DNA of 64,000 nt from Tubiluchus corallicola (taxonomy: Eukaryota > Animalia > Priapulida). Below the pieces are notes generated by a model, which worked only from the letters and a program-made list of their open reading frames with translations, was not told the origin of the DNA and did no database searches. Of the stretch, positions 1-12,900 are shown piece after piece; within the stretch, counting starts at the first letter, position 1, and each line of letters starts with the position of its first letter. Position numbers and translations under genes: made by a program. The stretch spans positions 105,676 to 169,675 of the forward strand of contig JAQGDQ010000102.1 in assembly GCA_030141605.1 (NCBI GenBank). Direction: 5' to 3'.

Positions 1-100
1 TGTGTATAATTAGTCAAGGCGAGAGGAGAACGTGGTTTTGAAATTAGAAACCGAAGCCAATTGTTGTAAATTAGGATAAATGATTGCTAGTGCGGACTAA

Positions 101-387
101 AGTTTACAATTCCCACGCACAAGAAATTAGTTCGAGAAACGGATTAGGATTATAGTTAATATTAGGATTAGGGTTAGGGTTACGGCTAGGAATAGGGACA
201 GGGATAGGGGCAGGGATAGGTTTGGGATTGGGTTGGGGTTAGGGTTAGGGATAGGGTTGGGATTAGGGTTAGGCTCAGGGATAGGGTTAGGGTTGGGTTG
301 CGGCTAGGGCTAGGGTTATGGTTAGGACGGTAGAGTTAAAGTTAGGGTTAGGATTAGGGTATTTAAATCGCACAGGGATTGTAAACT
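101..387. repeat. Degenerate (TTAGGG)n telomere-like array (~141-360) bracketed by a short inverted repeat; probable MITE-like element
   Basis: Run of GGTTAG/GGATAG/GGCTAG hexamer variants. AGTTTACAAT(T)CCC at 101-114 is the reverse complement of GGGATTGTAAACT at 375-387. Confidence 0.7.
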
Positions 388-744
388 CCTTCCTTATTGT
401 GTGTTAAAGGAATTGATAATATTAATGTAGTTACTATCGAAAATAAGCAAGTAAGTACTTTCTGTATTGCGTAATCAACTTGTTTATGCTACAGCACGTC
501 ACGAGGTAGTCAGTAGTAAACCAAAAGACAAAAGGATGTCTACAAAATACCAGCAATTCGAGTTTGAACGCATGTTCTAGTGTTATATACATGCATTGGC
601 AACTTTGTCACATATGTTTGAAGCTAAAATCTCGTGCTGACAACATCTCTCTCTTCGAGCAGCTGACTTATTACTGTCATTGGTTTCTGGACTTGATAAG
701 ATAGTGTGACTTAAAAAACACTGATACGTTCTGGATGGGTGATG

Positions 745-1110
745 GTGTACTGGTAGCCATCTTGGTAGTTAATGAAATTGGTAGTTTAGCTATTGAAACA
801 CAGCCATCTTGTATTACTACTGGTAGTACATTATATCTAGTGAACTGTAAGACATTTGTTCATATCTGGTGTGGGAAACTGTTGGTGTGAAGTAACGTCG
901 GGCACAGGAAAGAAGGGCTGCTGTTTGAATATTTATCAACTAGTATGTTTAGTGTACTATTTAGAGATTGTTCCTTTGATGTTATAGTTGTACTTTCAGT
1001 TAATAGATTGGAGTTGCTTAATATTAATATGTTTATTACTTAGCTATAATCTTGTGTTGTTCAGTTGTTGTATTATGTCACGTGATAGTTTGTGGTGCTA
1101 ACACGTTGCA
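745..1110 (+). mobile_element. Solo LTR related to the Gmr1-like Gypsy LTR at 32011-32390
   Basis: Shares ordered blocks with the reverse complement of 32011-32390: gccatcttggt, cagccatcttgt, tatatcta-tgaactgt, gtgggaa, tagctataatc, tgtcacg-gatag-ttgtgg-gcta-cacgt. Confidence 0.65.
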
Positions 1111-1430
1111 CCAATCTACAAGAATAAGACGTCAAGCATAAGTAATTGGCTTGCATATTATAAGCTACTAAATCACCCTCTAAACATTCAAGCAACAGTA
1201 CAGCACACTGTGAAAAAGAAACAACTAAAATAAAGAGTCCTTTTCTAATATCGTAAACGATTCGCTTCTATGTGAAATCCTGTTACAATTTTATAACATC
1301 AGCGTAAACATAAATGGTCTTACGGATAACCGAGTGTCCTGTGGCTAAATTAACCCCTCAAAACTAAAATACTAAAATACAAAGAAACTTGAAAAGATAG
1401 AAAAAAAGATTTAGTTAGATCCGTACTTAC

Positions 1431-4400
1431 CATCTTGAATGTTTTCCTCATGTATGATAACCCAGTCATCTCTGTCATAAGTACTCTGCATATGATAAAA
1501 ACCAAGAGCGTGCAAAAACTCGTGCAAAGTGGAACCGTACCTAAGCAAAACTTGCTATTAGCTTTTTTTACTTCAAAATGTACACAATTGGAATTTGTAA
1601 TTCCTTAACCAAAATGCTAAGAATTTCTTAGAACTTGTCTGCATTTAGAATGGGAACGACTATACATGTACTTACTGGATCTTGTTCAGAAAATTATCTC
1701 TGTTCAGAACCGAATTTAAGATTTGAAAGTCACGGTTTCAAGAACAGTATTTCTCTTTGATGTAAAATTTCGATATATCTTGTATGTTACCTTTACATTT
1801 AACATAATTTTTTTATAAAACAGTCATTGCGTTAAATTATTCACATGCCTATTAGATTAGTATCTTGGAACTAGAGAAAATCCGTCTAAACTGCCTCGGA
1901 TTTTATTCGAACAGAACTGACTTTGCTTAATGCAAATTCTATGCTTAACAGTAACAGAAATAATAACAAGTATAAACACAAACAGGAACTTTGACTTTGT
2001 ATTGTTTATCTGTAACAGGTGCTCACACATTCAAACAGCTTACTACAAGTAAACACAATTGTAAAACAAGCTCAAAAATAAATTTACTTAAGTGCTGTTG
2101 CTTATATATATGCCTTCCGAAATTGAATTCGATTATTTCAGTTTTTGGCCCAAAAAGTGAATTAAGATTTAAAGCCTTGAAATTAGATAAAACGAAAAAT
2201 GAGAGCCTTAAGAGTAAACACACATGAAGACGTTGCTATTTTTTTCTATCCTTCCACAAACTGACGTTATCTTATATTGTTAAGTACAGTTTTGTCAGTA
2301 TTGTTAAGTACAGTTTTGTCAGTATTGTTAAGTACAGTTAGTCCTTAATATTTATAAAGTATTTGTAGTTTTCCGTATATTTATATGGACTTTTTAACCT
2401 GCACAAAATATATCTAAATTTCAGTTAGTTGTGTGAACTTACCGGTCTATCATACAGCTCCTCGTAAGTTGTAGACGTTGTGCTCCACCTATCATTCCTA
2501 CGTACGACGAACAACTAAAAAAACACAGTTTAATTCAACTTGGCTTTGTAGCGTACCATCTAACTAACCAAATTACTAACTAAGGAACCAATCAGTCAAC
2601 CAACCAACAACTAAATAACCAACCAACCAACCAACCAAGTCATTCACTAGGAAATGCAGGCAACCAACAAACAAATCAATCTACTAAACAACTAACTGAT
2701 GAACAAGCGAACCATTAACCTGTTAACCAAGTGAAAAACCAATCTACCAGTTAATCTACCAATCAGTCAATCGACTAGCCAAATAAACCACCAAGCAAAC
2801 AATAGTCAACCAAGCAACCGACACCATATCGACCAGTCTGCCAGGTAGCCAGCCCATCAGTAAAATAATGAATTAATTTATTGAAGAAATGTTTGTGCAA
2901 ATAAAGTATAAAACACGCTTTTACTTCTATCAAAGTCTATGATTACACCCTTGTTAGCCAGCATCTTTACCTGGAGGTAGATTTTCTAACGTCAACGTAA
3001 TTGCTGACACCAGCTGTCGACTTGATCTCGTAGAGTCTCACACATCTAGAAGCAGCAGCATATTCAGCTACAGCTCTGTCTAGCACATCAAGTTCATCAG
3101 AAGCTTTAAAGAAGAAAAATCAAATTTTAGTTAACACGATATTAACACACGCAGGCGACAACATTGTAGCTGATCATGGGGTCAGACCTGAGTCAAAACG
3201 TCTCGTGCCGTTTAAAACATTTTATAAAAGCGCACTAAGAGACTAAGGCCAAACAAAACTTGGCATGTATGTTGACTAGCAAGACAACAAGAGGCCAGAC
3301 AGTCGATCTCGAAACGCAGCCAATGTTTTCATCCAAACATGTCCCATTATTACAGGCACATAAAACATTTATAGTTAAAAATAACACAACTTCATTAAAA
3401 CTTTTGCATTAAAAAGTTAAAAATTAAAATCATACCAAACGTTTCAGCTAGCTGCTACTACTGTCATCATCAGTGGTAAATTCGCAAACATACAACAAGT
3501 TTATATAGGCAGAGCCTATTACACACTAGTTAAGTAGTTAACAGAAGCCAAACAGGCAATGAATAAACAGACCAGTAAAGAAAGCGATACAGCAAATTAA
3601 GTCTAGAACTGGCAAAAAATTAAAAAATTCTCCTCAATCCAGCATTAATAGCCATATTTGTGCCTCCGGCCACGAAGCTGATTTTAATAATTTCAGCATT
3701 GTGACCAAAGCTATAAATGACTGGGACTTATTAATAAAAAAGTCTTTGTACCCTAACAAGCCTTCTCTTAATGTACAAAGCAGTTCAATTTCTTTAACTT
3801 TATTTTCAAACACATAGCTATTTGTTACTGCATCAAGTTCTTTTCTACATGTCTGCTTAATCATGACATTACACTAACATTACCTATTTAGCTTCTGTTA
3901 ACTATGTAATTAGTGCATAATAGGCTCTGCCTATATAAACTCGTTGTATATTTGTAAATTTACCACTGATGATGACAGCAGCAGCTGCCGAAACTTTTGG
4001 CATGATTTTAACTTTTTAATGTAAAACCTTTAATAAAGTTGTGTTATTTTAACTATAAATTTCCTATTACATCTCCTAACAACTGAGGGCAAACTAGTCA
4101 AACTTGACACAATAGTAGCACTAATTAAGTAATGGAAATGAAAGAACTACTGGGGTAGAATGGACCATAGTCTTAAGGTTACCACGGGACTTGGGTTATG
4201 TGTATCAAACCTTTACCATTATGACTCGAAAAGCACGTATCCAGCCAATTATATTATGTACGTAGGAAAAGGTCACTGCGTCATGCTATGCCTTCATTTT
4301 TAGTTTTAAGGGCTCTAGGGTATTGTATTACGGTATCAGGAATTCTTGCATTTTATACTCATAACCAAAGAAAAAACACTCAAATTTAGCAGATGAGTAA

Positions 4401-7400
4401 TTGTAACAGGGACAATTTCAATTCTGTGCACAGCCACTTTGACCTTGAAAGTCGATGAAATCTTATTATCATCTATACTGAATATTTTACATTAGGTCAC
4501 TGCGACCAGGCCAATCAAACATTATACATATTGGTAGTTATCCGAAATGAAAGGATCATTATGGCAGGCTTGAACTAGATCTTCATGTTGAGAGTGACTT
4601 TGGACTTTATTTCCACGTTACTGTGGGCGATGGGTTAGACATTTCGCGGGTTTTGTGTATCATACGAGCGCAGTTCTTCACACTTAAAGCACAAGAAAAT
4701 CCCCCACTTATATAAAGCTTAAAAAATCCGTCTGAAAATTCTACACCACATACATACTGCCTTTTTGCATGCAGGGCTTGCGTCGGCAGTCACACTGTAT
4801 AAACTTGTAAATTTAAACTCTCACGATGACCGTTAGGGGCAGCCAATTTAATGGTAGGTCGTTTGAAATAAGTTTAGATAACACTGCGCGAAGTTTGAAA
4901 AAATAATGAGAGCATGTTACTAACAAAGAAAATTTTAAATTACTGTATTCTTGTCCATATGATTAAAAATACGTTTTTGGCTAGTGAGTGGCGCACCCTG
5001 GTGGGTGAGCCAGTGACATTTTACCAATTGGCACGAAAATTTTAAATTATTATTTCTAGTTGCATAAGTCTTTCGAGCAGGCAACCAAAAGTTCCCCATA
5101 TTGTTGCAAAACATTCGCGGGTGTTCGTCGTTGTCGCCAAAGGGTCATTGGCTTTATTGAAAATAAAAACGAAAGTCGTAAGTTAATTCATGAACAGGAA
5201 GAGAATGAAGAGAATAATCAGAAGAAAAAAAACAAAACAGAATTGTGCACATAAATTTCTAATTTCTCAACTTACTGAATCCAGAATTGACGTAAAACGG
5301 AAGCTCGACGTATCCACCAGTCTTAGGCCATCTGTAGCGGGTGTCCACTAAACCGTTCTTGGTGCCCAATTTCTTAAATAAGTAAACATCATTAGTTCTT
5401 AAGTAAAGTAATAATTAGCTGAGACCGGATGTGGTTGTAACACTTCGTATATTTTCTCTTGTAAGTACATAAACGCTTGGTGACCCATGTCAGTGACTAG
5501 TACCCAGACAAAGTACATAAACCCTCTACAAATGCAGTCATTAATATTGTGAAGGATTACGAAGCCATGGAGATATCAAGAAAAATAAAAATCTAACAAC
5601 AAACCACTCACACGGGGTACGTTGCAACACAGCCTGGGGCCAGTTGAAACAATGGTAGGTATATTCAGTTATCTGACAAGATTTTTTTCAATGAACTTAG
5701 ATTCAGTAGTAAACTTAATTATAGAAACAAGCCAAAAGACAAGTACTAGATGGCAGCCGTTCCAAAACAGTGAAATTTCATTCATATTGTACTGAAAAAC
5801 TACTGATCAAATTTTTAACAACAAAATTATTGAATATAATGTCTAATTTTATTCTGGTAATCAAATGTTGATCAAAATTAATGGTAATTGCTGATAAGTG
5901 ATTGGTAACTGGGAATCGTCAGAATCGCAATTGTGGCATGTATAATTATCAGCACGTGTAGTAATGGCTGTGTTGGACAACAGCGTTACAACTAGCCCCA
6001 ACAGGACTTATTAATAAACCATAATTTAAAAGATTATATCAGTGTATTAAAAAACTTGTTTATTTTAGTATTTTCTTATTTACTAGTTAATGAAATTTGA
6101 AAATAGTGTAGTCAAATTAGTAGATCAAATACTTCAAAAAAGCAAAAATTTACTCCTACAACTGTAAATAAATAATAAATACACTGTAATTACATTTTTC
6201 ACCGCAAGGTGGAGCTAATAAATGCTAGTAGGTCACTAGTCACTTCTGCTGAAGGCAGTTTGCAGAATCACATAAATAATACTTACCTGACCTGGAGCAA
6301 TCATAATATCTCCTTCAAACCATGGTCCCTCTTCTTCAGGGTTTGGCTCTAAAACAACAAAACGTAGAAAATGCACATCGGGGCGGTTGAGGCGAAATCT
6401 ATGTAGTTGATCCTGGCAATAATTCTATTGAAACATCCAATCAGAAAATTTTTTAACAATTAGTGGCATTTGTACGAGATCATAACAGTCTGTCGTAGGT
6501 GAATTATACATTCATTAAAGTAACGGCAATTACAAAAATTATATCTTTTTAGCAAAAAATGTTGTTTTATAATGTTTTTGTATGTTTGATTAAAAAACAC
6601 AACATAATCGTGTGAAAATAGTCACAAATGCAGCAAGATACACACGACACGACAAAAAGTCTTCAAATCTTATATAATAATGGGCTCTGCTTATTCCATC
6701 AAGGACGCTGTTCGACATTTTTGCACTACGACATTTTTTGAAAATTTTCTAATGCTGCTTCTACATTAAAATATAATGATAATTGTGCTTTTTTCCAGTG
6801 TTATATGAATATATCAATTCTAGTAAAGAAATTTTGAAATAGTGGTAGTAGTAAATCATTTCTAAATTTGATCATAAAATGCCTGTTTGTAATTTGTTTA
6901 TGTCTGTAACGTTCAACTGATTAAAGGAAAACTGAACACAATGTTAAACTGTTGGTGAAAACAACCCATTCTTTAAAATACTGAAAAGAAACATACCATT
7001 TTTAAAGAATGGCTTACGTGAAAGAATTATTACCACACAAAGACAATTTCGCAATCGCGCCACTAGTTCTTCGTTGTTAGACGGGTACTAGCGCCTGCAT
7101 TTAGGAAACGCATTATACAAAAACAGGTATTGTACCTCTCAGTTCACATATGTTAGTTTGTGACGAATTGCACACGTTCGACAGCTCATGCGTAAGTACA
7201 GCGGTAAATTTGAAATTTGAATTTCTATCTTAACTTACCGTCGCTTTATTTAAAGGCTGCCTTGTTTTGGTACAACACAATGAATATCTTACAGTAGCAC
7301 TGTACTTCAATTTTCATTTTTGTAAACACGTGGACACGCTCGTTGAATAATTTTACTGTTGAAAATTATGTCAGTTTGTGTTGTCACCATTAGTTGGACT

Positions 7401-7800
7401 CGCCCGCCTTTAATTAAGAGTTTAGTTTGTTATTTAATTATCAGAAACGCTTTTGCAGTATTATTGGTGTTAAAATGTATACTTTTCGCCGTACATGAAA
7501 ATGGGGTAGTATATGAAAAATCATCCTGTCTTCCTTTAAGTGACTTAAAAAGTGGGGCTGCATTGTTTCTGTAACCAGAAAGCGTTACTGCCCTTATAGC
7601 TTTATAAACAGACAGCTTCTCAAGAGACGTTGTACAAAATGCCATGTGAAACAGAATTATACAATTACTAATACTGGATTAAGACAACAGCAATATTTTC
7701 ATTCAACGGTCAAGATTATATACATGCACTTACTGTTGTAGGCTGTTAATGGCACAGCTGCCACGGCAGCAACGAAAAGGCAAAACAGAAACACTCTCAT
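1431..7800 (-). CDS. Astacin-family (M12A) secreted zinc metalloprotease, 3'-partial (continues past the left edge)
   Basis: Exons, all GT-AG and phase-consistent: 7800-7734 (MRVFLFCLFVAAVAAVPLTAYN, signal peptide); 6348-6287 (KPNPEEEGPWFEGDIMIAPGQ, FEGDI propeptide motif); 5372-5276 (KLGTKNGLVDTRYRWPKTGGYVELPFYVNSGF); 3103-2971 (TSDELDVLDRAVAEYAAASRCVRLYEIKSTAGVSNYVDVRKSTS); 2514-2443 (SCSSYVGMIGGAQRLQLTRSCMID); 1540-1431 (RYGSTLHEFLHALGFYHMQSTYDRDDWVIIHEENIQD, containing HExxHxxGxxH). The Met-turn exon is not in the window. Confidence 0.95.
2275..2338. repeat. 24-bp tandem repeat (~2.6 copies)
   Basis: Unit tattgttaagtacagttttgtcag. Confidence 0.85.
2560..2860. repeat. Degenerate (CCAA/CTAA)n tetranucleotide tract in an astacin intron
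   Basis: Visible aaccaaccaa/actaacta runs. Confidence 0.7.
3435..3476 (-). ncRNA. Minimal type I hammerhead ribozyme-like motif in the inverted pLTR
   Basis: Reverse complement reads TACCA-CTGATGA-TGACAGTAGTAGCAGCTAGCT-GAAA-CGTT-TGGTA, with a 5-bp stem I. Activity untested. Confidence 0.55.
3963..4000 (+). ncRNA. Minimal hammerhead ribozyme-like motif in the pLTR (stem III mutated)
   Basis: CCA-CTGATGA-TGACAGCAGCAGCTGCC-GAAA-CTTT-TGG. Confidence 0.45.
4700..5090 (+). mobile_element. Dispersed repeat, probable non-autonomous DNA element; related copies at ~54480-54920 (+) and ~8830-8990 (-)
   Basis: Colinear shared blocks atactgccttttt, cagggcttgcg, aagtttagataacact, ttttaccaattg, ttctagtt-c-taagtcttt--gcagg. 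Confidence 0.65.
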
Positions 7801-7854
7801 CTTTTTACTTCACTTCTACCAAAAGTGCTAAACAGCAATCAACAGTAGCCTAGC

Positions 7855-7861
7855 TTTTATA
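7855..7861 (-). promoter_or_regulatory. TATA box of the astacin gene
   Basis: TATAAAA on the minus strand, ~55 bp upstream of the ATG at 7800. Confidence 0.6.
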
Positions 7862-9609
7862 CGTTTGCTACATCTATTTACGTCAAGATAAGGCGGGGTT
7901 CTTTGCTTTGCTGAGTTATCAAGATTCACGTTTTGATGATTTGAGACATATGTAATAATTATGTACGTGACGTGAGGCAATGCGATTTCACTTTCTAAAA
8001 TGTAATTACCAACATGATATAATAGAACAATGATTATTGAAGACGTACCAAATCATGGCTCCTCAACGAATCTGACAATAAACCTTCTAATATGACGTTC
8101 TTTCTTATGTGTAAATCTACATCACGCACTTACAAATCGTGTGTGTACATCTTTCCTACTATTAGCGATGTTTAAGTAATCGGTTTTTGTGCTTTTTATG
8201 TCCATCTTGTGGGCCGCCGAGTATCTGTAACTCAATAAGCATTTTCGCAGTTGCAGCGATTGATGATGATCGTGAAAGGTTAAAAAGTATAAAAGGCAAC
8301 GCATTTGTGTACACTTGACAATGTCCATGCTGTTGTAATAGTAATAGTTTTAACAGCTAGTTAGAACCGTACCTAGTTCATTTTTTCTTGTTCCGAAGCA
8401 AAATTCCACTGGTAAATTACTCTACGCACAGACTAATGCATAATTATTAAGTGAAGTCCACGTAAAACAACTGAAGTAGCTGAACTGATGCGGCAGATGA
8501 CATTGCTTTACGCACATGTCACGTGACGGCTGTAGTTAAGACGCGTTGCTGTGGTACAATTAACCTTTGTCTAGCAGCACCTGCGGTACAATTAACCTTT
8601 GAGCTGCAGCAACTGCACGTGCACACAACGAAACTATGAAAAGTATTATTGTTTCTGCATTGTTTTTATTTTATTGCACTGAGCGATTCTAAAACCACTA
8701 CTTCAAGGCAAAATTATAATAGTAAAATACGGAGCTTCATTTCTTAATTACCACTGCAAAGGGACATTCTTGTCTGTCTGTTTACTTGCTTAAAGGAGAA
8801 GAAACGGCAATTTTAAAAGGCAATGTCCCAAAAAAATTACCACACAAAGTTGTATTACTTAGCTCGTCGCTTACCTGCTTGAAAGACTCATGTAACTAGA
8901 AAAGAAAATTCTTAGTAATTCAAATGTTTGTGTCAATTGCTGAAATGTCGTTGACTCACCTTCTCAGTGTGCACTACTGACTCACCAAAAAAAAGTGCTT
9001 TTAAGCTTACTGAGAACTTAAAGTAATTTAAACTTTTGAGTAGTTAGTGACGTATGCTCTTATTATTTTTTAAACTTTAGGCAATGTTGTCTAAACTTGT
9101 TTGAATGACTTATCGTCAAAACGTCAGCGCCTAACGGTCATGGCAGGAGTTTGCGTTATTGCTAATGTAAGCTCTGTACACAATAAGGCATGTTACAAAT
9201 AGGTGTTACAAAATTTCAAGACGATCTTTTTAGCTGTAAATTAGCAAAATGATTTTGTTGTGCTGTGAACATATATAATTTCCTATGCAGACCTGTACAA
9301 GCAGCTGTTTATACAATAACTCGGATTCAAATCCCGATTAGCTCTCAGTCGTCCACCTCCTTTTCTCTTCATCTAATTAGCCGATTATAAATCTTTTCAA
9401 AGTTAAACATTTCAGACAGCTGTAATCACTAAAAATTTGTTTAATTTTCAGGTAAAAATGTAAACGTCAATGTAACACAAAACATTTGCAGTCACTGACT
9501 GCATATTTGAAACTATTATTATCTACATTTGATCGGAAGAACTCACAAATACAAACAAGTCAAGCAAACAAGCAAACAGCACTTTGGGCGGTTCACTGAC
9601 GGAAATCTT

Positions 9610-9997
9610 CAGTGGCGGTTCGGGTATAGGTACTGTGGAACTGCAGCGCCCCCTATTTTAACTCGACATTATCTATTATATTCACAGCCCAGCACAGTCC
9701 ACTACAGCAACGCGTGTGTGAGCTCGGGTAGAGAAAGTACTGTCGCTCATACAGTTTGTTGTCAGTTGTCAAGCGTTTACCGTGAATGGATCAAACTGGA
9801 ACAATTTAGGTTATTAGTAAGCAAAAAGTTTTTTTGTTTAGGATTTTATCCACTTTATGTATAAACCTTCATATGTTTGTTTGTTTAAAATTACAACGCT
9901 ACATACGTTTGTTTCGTTTTACACAGTATTAAAACAAGGCCTAAATATTTTCTGCAGCGGCACCCCCAGTAATTTTAACTACGAGCCGCCGCCACTG
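9610..9997. mobile_element. hAT-like MITE
   Basis: Termini CAGTGGCGG...CCGCCACTG. No clean TSD. Confidence 0.55.
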
Positions 9998-12900
9998 GTT
10001 CAAATCTTGTAGCTCGCGCGTTACTACAGAAATATACCTAGTAGCCGAACAGCAATAGAATTTTATAGCTTAGACATGCAAGAAAGACACCCTGGGCTTA
10101 CGATGAACTACTAACAAATTGTTTATTGGTTTATGAAACCTGCTAACTTATTTTTCAATATTTTCCTAACACTGATTAATATTTATAAAATTCAAATGTA
10201 CTTATCACACACACAAACGATCTTGCACACTTTACTCGATTAAAGAAAAGAACTACATATCTATAAATCTAGTGCAAGCAGGGAATAGCAGTTTCTGAAA
10301 ACAACTGCCTTTCAGCAACTAAGACTTGCAACAGCAAGTAACAGCTTGCTGAGCCTGATATATATTTAAGAGGAAAAGGCCAAGCCTTCAGGAGGTCAGG
10401 CTTATTTCAGTGTTCACGAAAAACGTTGGAAGGATTTAGTAATAAAACTGCAATAAGCGCCTCGTGTAACTAATAAAATCACTTTAAAGTCATGATCGTT
10501 TCCGTCCTGCGTCAATGACGTCATTCGTCCTGAGGAAACGTAGCACACTGTCAATCTCCGTCAAATGTATAATAAGTTCTTGCAAAAAAACGTGTACCTA
10601 ATTTTGTAATATTTTTCAGAAGTTTGAATTAATTTAAGCAGCGCGCGCTTACGGAAAGCCACGACGCGCTCACGAAAAGTCCCGAAGTCTCCCAGTTACG
10701 TCATGATTTTCAAGAGAATGGCGGCAACCACCGCGCCTGAAAATTTCTATTCAGGGAGAGTATATTTTATATTCAAACTTTATTTACAATTTTTTGCAAA
10801 TTTCTTTATAATAGTTTTCTACGTTTAGGCGATAACAGTAAAATAAACCCAACATACTGAGTGACTTGTTCTTTCTTTTAAGCTAGGCGTACTCCAATTT
10901 TAGTAACGTGACAACCACCTGCTCCTCGTCTTCCCCATGTATAGTCCCTCCTACAAGGTCGCTTTTTGGCAAAGGTAACGTGTAGCGTGAAAAACTAACA
11001 CCTGCGTTAAAACACATGAGTTTGTTTTATGCATAACATCTGACTTGTTCTCAAGCCTCCCATCTGTCACTTTGACTGATTTTTCTCATCGCTGATTGCA
11101 ATGATATATAAGCACAAAATCCAGAAGAGCTGAAATGTGTCCAACAAGACGTTTTCGGCAAACTTTAGTATCTCATTGACTTTATTATCTCATTGACTGT
11201 TATTTCCATCCCAGAGAACAGTTAAGATGGCGCATTGCAAGGTGGGCCTATACTTAAACAAATACAAAGCAAGTTATACTATTAAATGCTTCCGAAATAT
11301 TTAATAGAATAATTATATTCTAATTTCGTGCAGTGGTTACCTGCATTTATTATCAATATCAGCGTCATTATTATTACCATTACCACCATCATCATCATCA
11401 TCGTCTTATCTTCGCCATCATCATCATCCCAATCATTATTATTGTCAGAATTGATGTCCTACTGTTTTACTGCCACCATATCACTTTTTTAATTAGTAAT
11501 ACTATACTTTTATTGGCAGAACTGTTCCCCTGTTTTCAGGTCGAAAATTAGACCTTCTCTCTTGCATTGCCCAGGTCCACGGGAAGGCCCCAATTCTATT
11601 TGCCATTTCTTTGATCGTCGTATCCTCTGTCCTGGCGATTTCCAAGATAACTACAGCACGTTTGTTCTTTGCTATATCACTAGTGCAATCCATAAATCCA
11701 CGACTCTTCATCAATTCAATTTAATTAAAATTTAGCAAATATTCTTCATTCTTCTACGGTTAGTCATGTATTCGCTGTAAACATAATCAATCAATCATTT
11801 CGCATAATAACTCGAAAGCCTTGCAATCTAGGGTCACGAAACTCACAGGACGGGTTGACTAGGGCAGGAAAGGCAGCAGTGTGGCGACTTTTGGCCCGTG
11901 GCCAATGGGTCAGTGGCAGGATGGTTCACAAGTATTTAGGTATTAACAGGATAGATGTGCCCCTGGTATTTTAAAAAGTGGAACTCTTGTTGGCCCGAGA
12001 TAGTAGCCAACGTATGAAAATAAGGGCAACCGGCCTTACTTCTCTTCTTTAGGCTTCCCTTTTTTTCAATTGTTTTCACGTGTATTTAGACATTGCTGGG
12101 GTTTCAGAAAGCTGGGATTCCTTAAGGACCAGAGATAGGAGCTAAAGCCGGAAAACGGGGTCATATGAAATAACTCCCTAAGTATAAAAACTAGAATCAC
12201 AAAAGTTGCAGTACAGCACCTCACATCATACAGGATGGTGTAGGAAAGCTGACCTCTGAGCCAAAGGTCACAGCGACAGGAACCAAAATGAGAAAAACAG
12301 GTGAAATGACTTTGTCAGTCAGCTTCTTTTGCAGTATAAGACTAGGAGTCTACATTTTTGCATGTATGACGGCACTGTCTTGTCATCCCGTCCGTCATCC
12401 GTTTCCATTTTACTTCCGTACATTGTTCGAAATTCCGAAAACTGTCTACGAAGCTGTGTTGTGAAACCACTTTAATTGTTTTTGACTATAGTTGACTACA
12501 GTTGGGTGGATAGGCAGTATTGTGGCTATTGTGGCTGAAAGCACATAATATCGTAATTTTCTAGCTATCGAACCTAGCCATGTTTTTCTTCCTTGAGCTT
12601 GCAATGCCTCATCTTCTATAAAGGAATACAAACTAGAAGAGATCTGCTTATACAATATAGGGCATTGTGAGGTTTTGACCCCTAATGTTACTAACATAAC
12701 AAATGTCAGTAATGTACAGACTTTCCACACAGTGTAAATCTGCTACATTGTTACAATTAATGATGGGAAGAACCATAAGCAGCTGTGCATGTTTGTATAT
12801 AGTGTGAAGGTACTAACACAATGCAGTTGTTGGCAGTTTTGAGTCTTGGACTCGCTTGTTCTTGAATTCCTGTACCCAAAATCTAAAAGTACGGAGTTCA

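Larger units (their letters stand above)
3367..4345 (+). mobile_element. 5'-truncated Penelope-like retroelement (Poseidon-type GIY-YIG C-terminus) with an inverted pLTR copy
   Basis: Plus frame ~3608-3817 reads TGKKLKNSPQSSINSHICASGHEADFNNFSIVTKAINDWDLLIKKSLYPNKPSLNVQSSSISLTLF, resembling the PLE endonuclease end. ~3367-3560 is the inverted copy of ~3878-4060. Both arms carry CTGATGA...GAAAC. A near-identical copy lies at 42295-43259. Confidence 0.85.

Noticed and set aside
141-360. True telomere / chromosome end
   Set aside because: Highly degenerate, short, flanked by ordinary sequence, and the astacin gene must continue past it.
3168-3204. Additional hammerhead-like string ctgatcatg...caaaacgtc
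   Set aside because: Both core boxes deviate from CTGANGA and GAAA.
6201-6217. CTCF-like motif (similar strings near 4990, 16770 and 47755)
   Set aside because: Short degenerate matches expected by chance or carried in TEs; cannot be supported without a PWM scan or ChIP data.
11502-12730. Minus-strand ORFs of 70 and 94 aa
   Set aside because: No domain motifs, non-ATG starts, and embedded among repeat-derived sequence.
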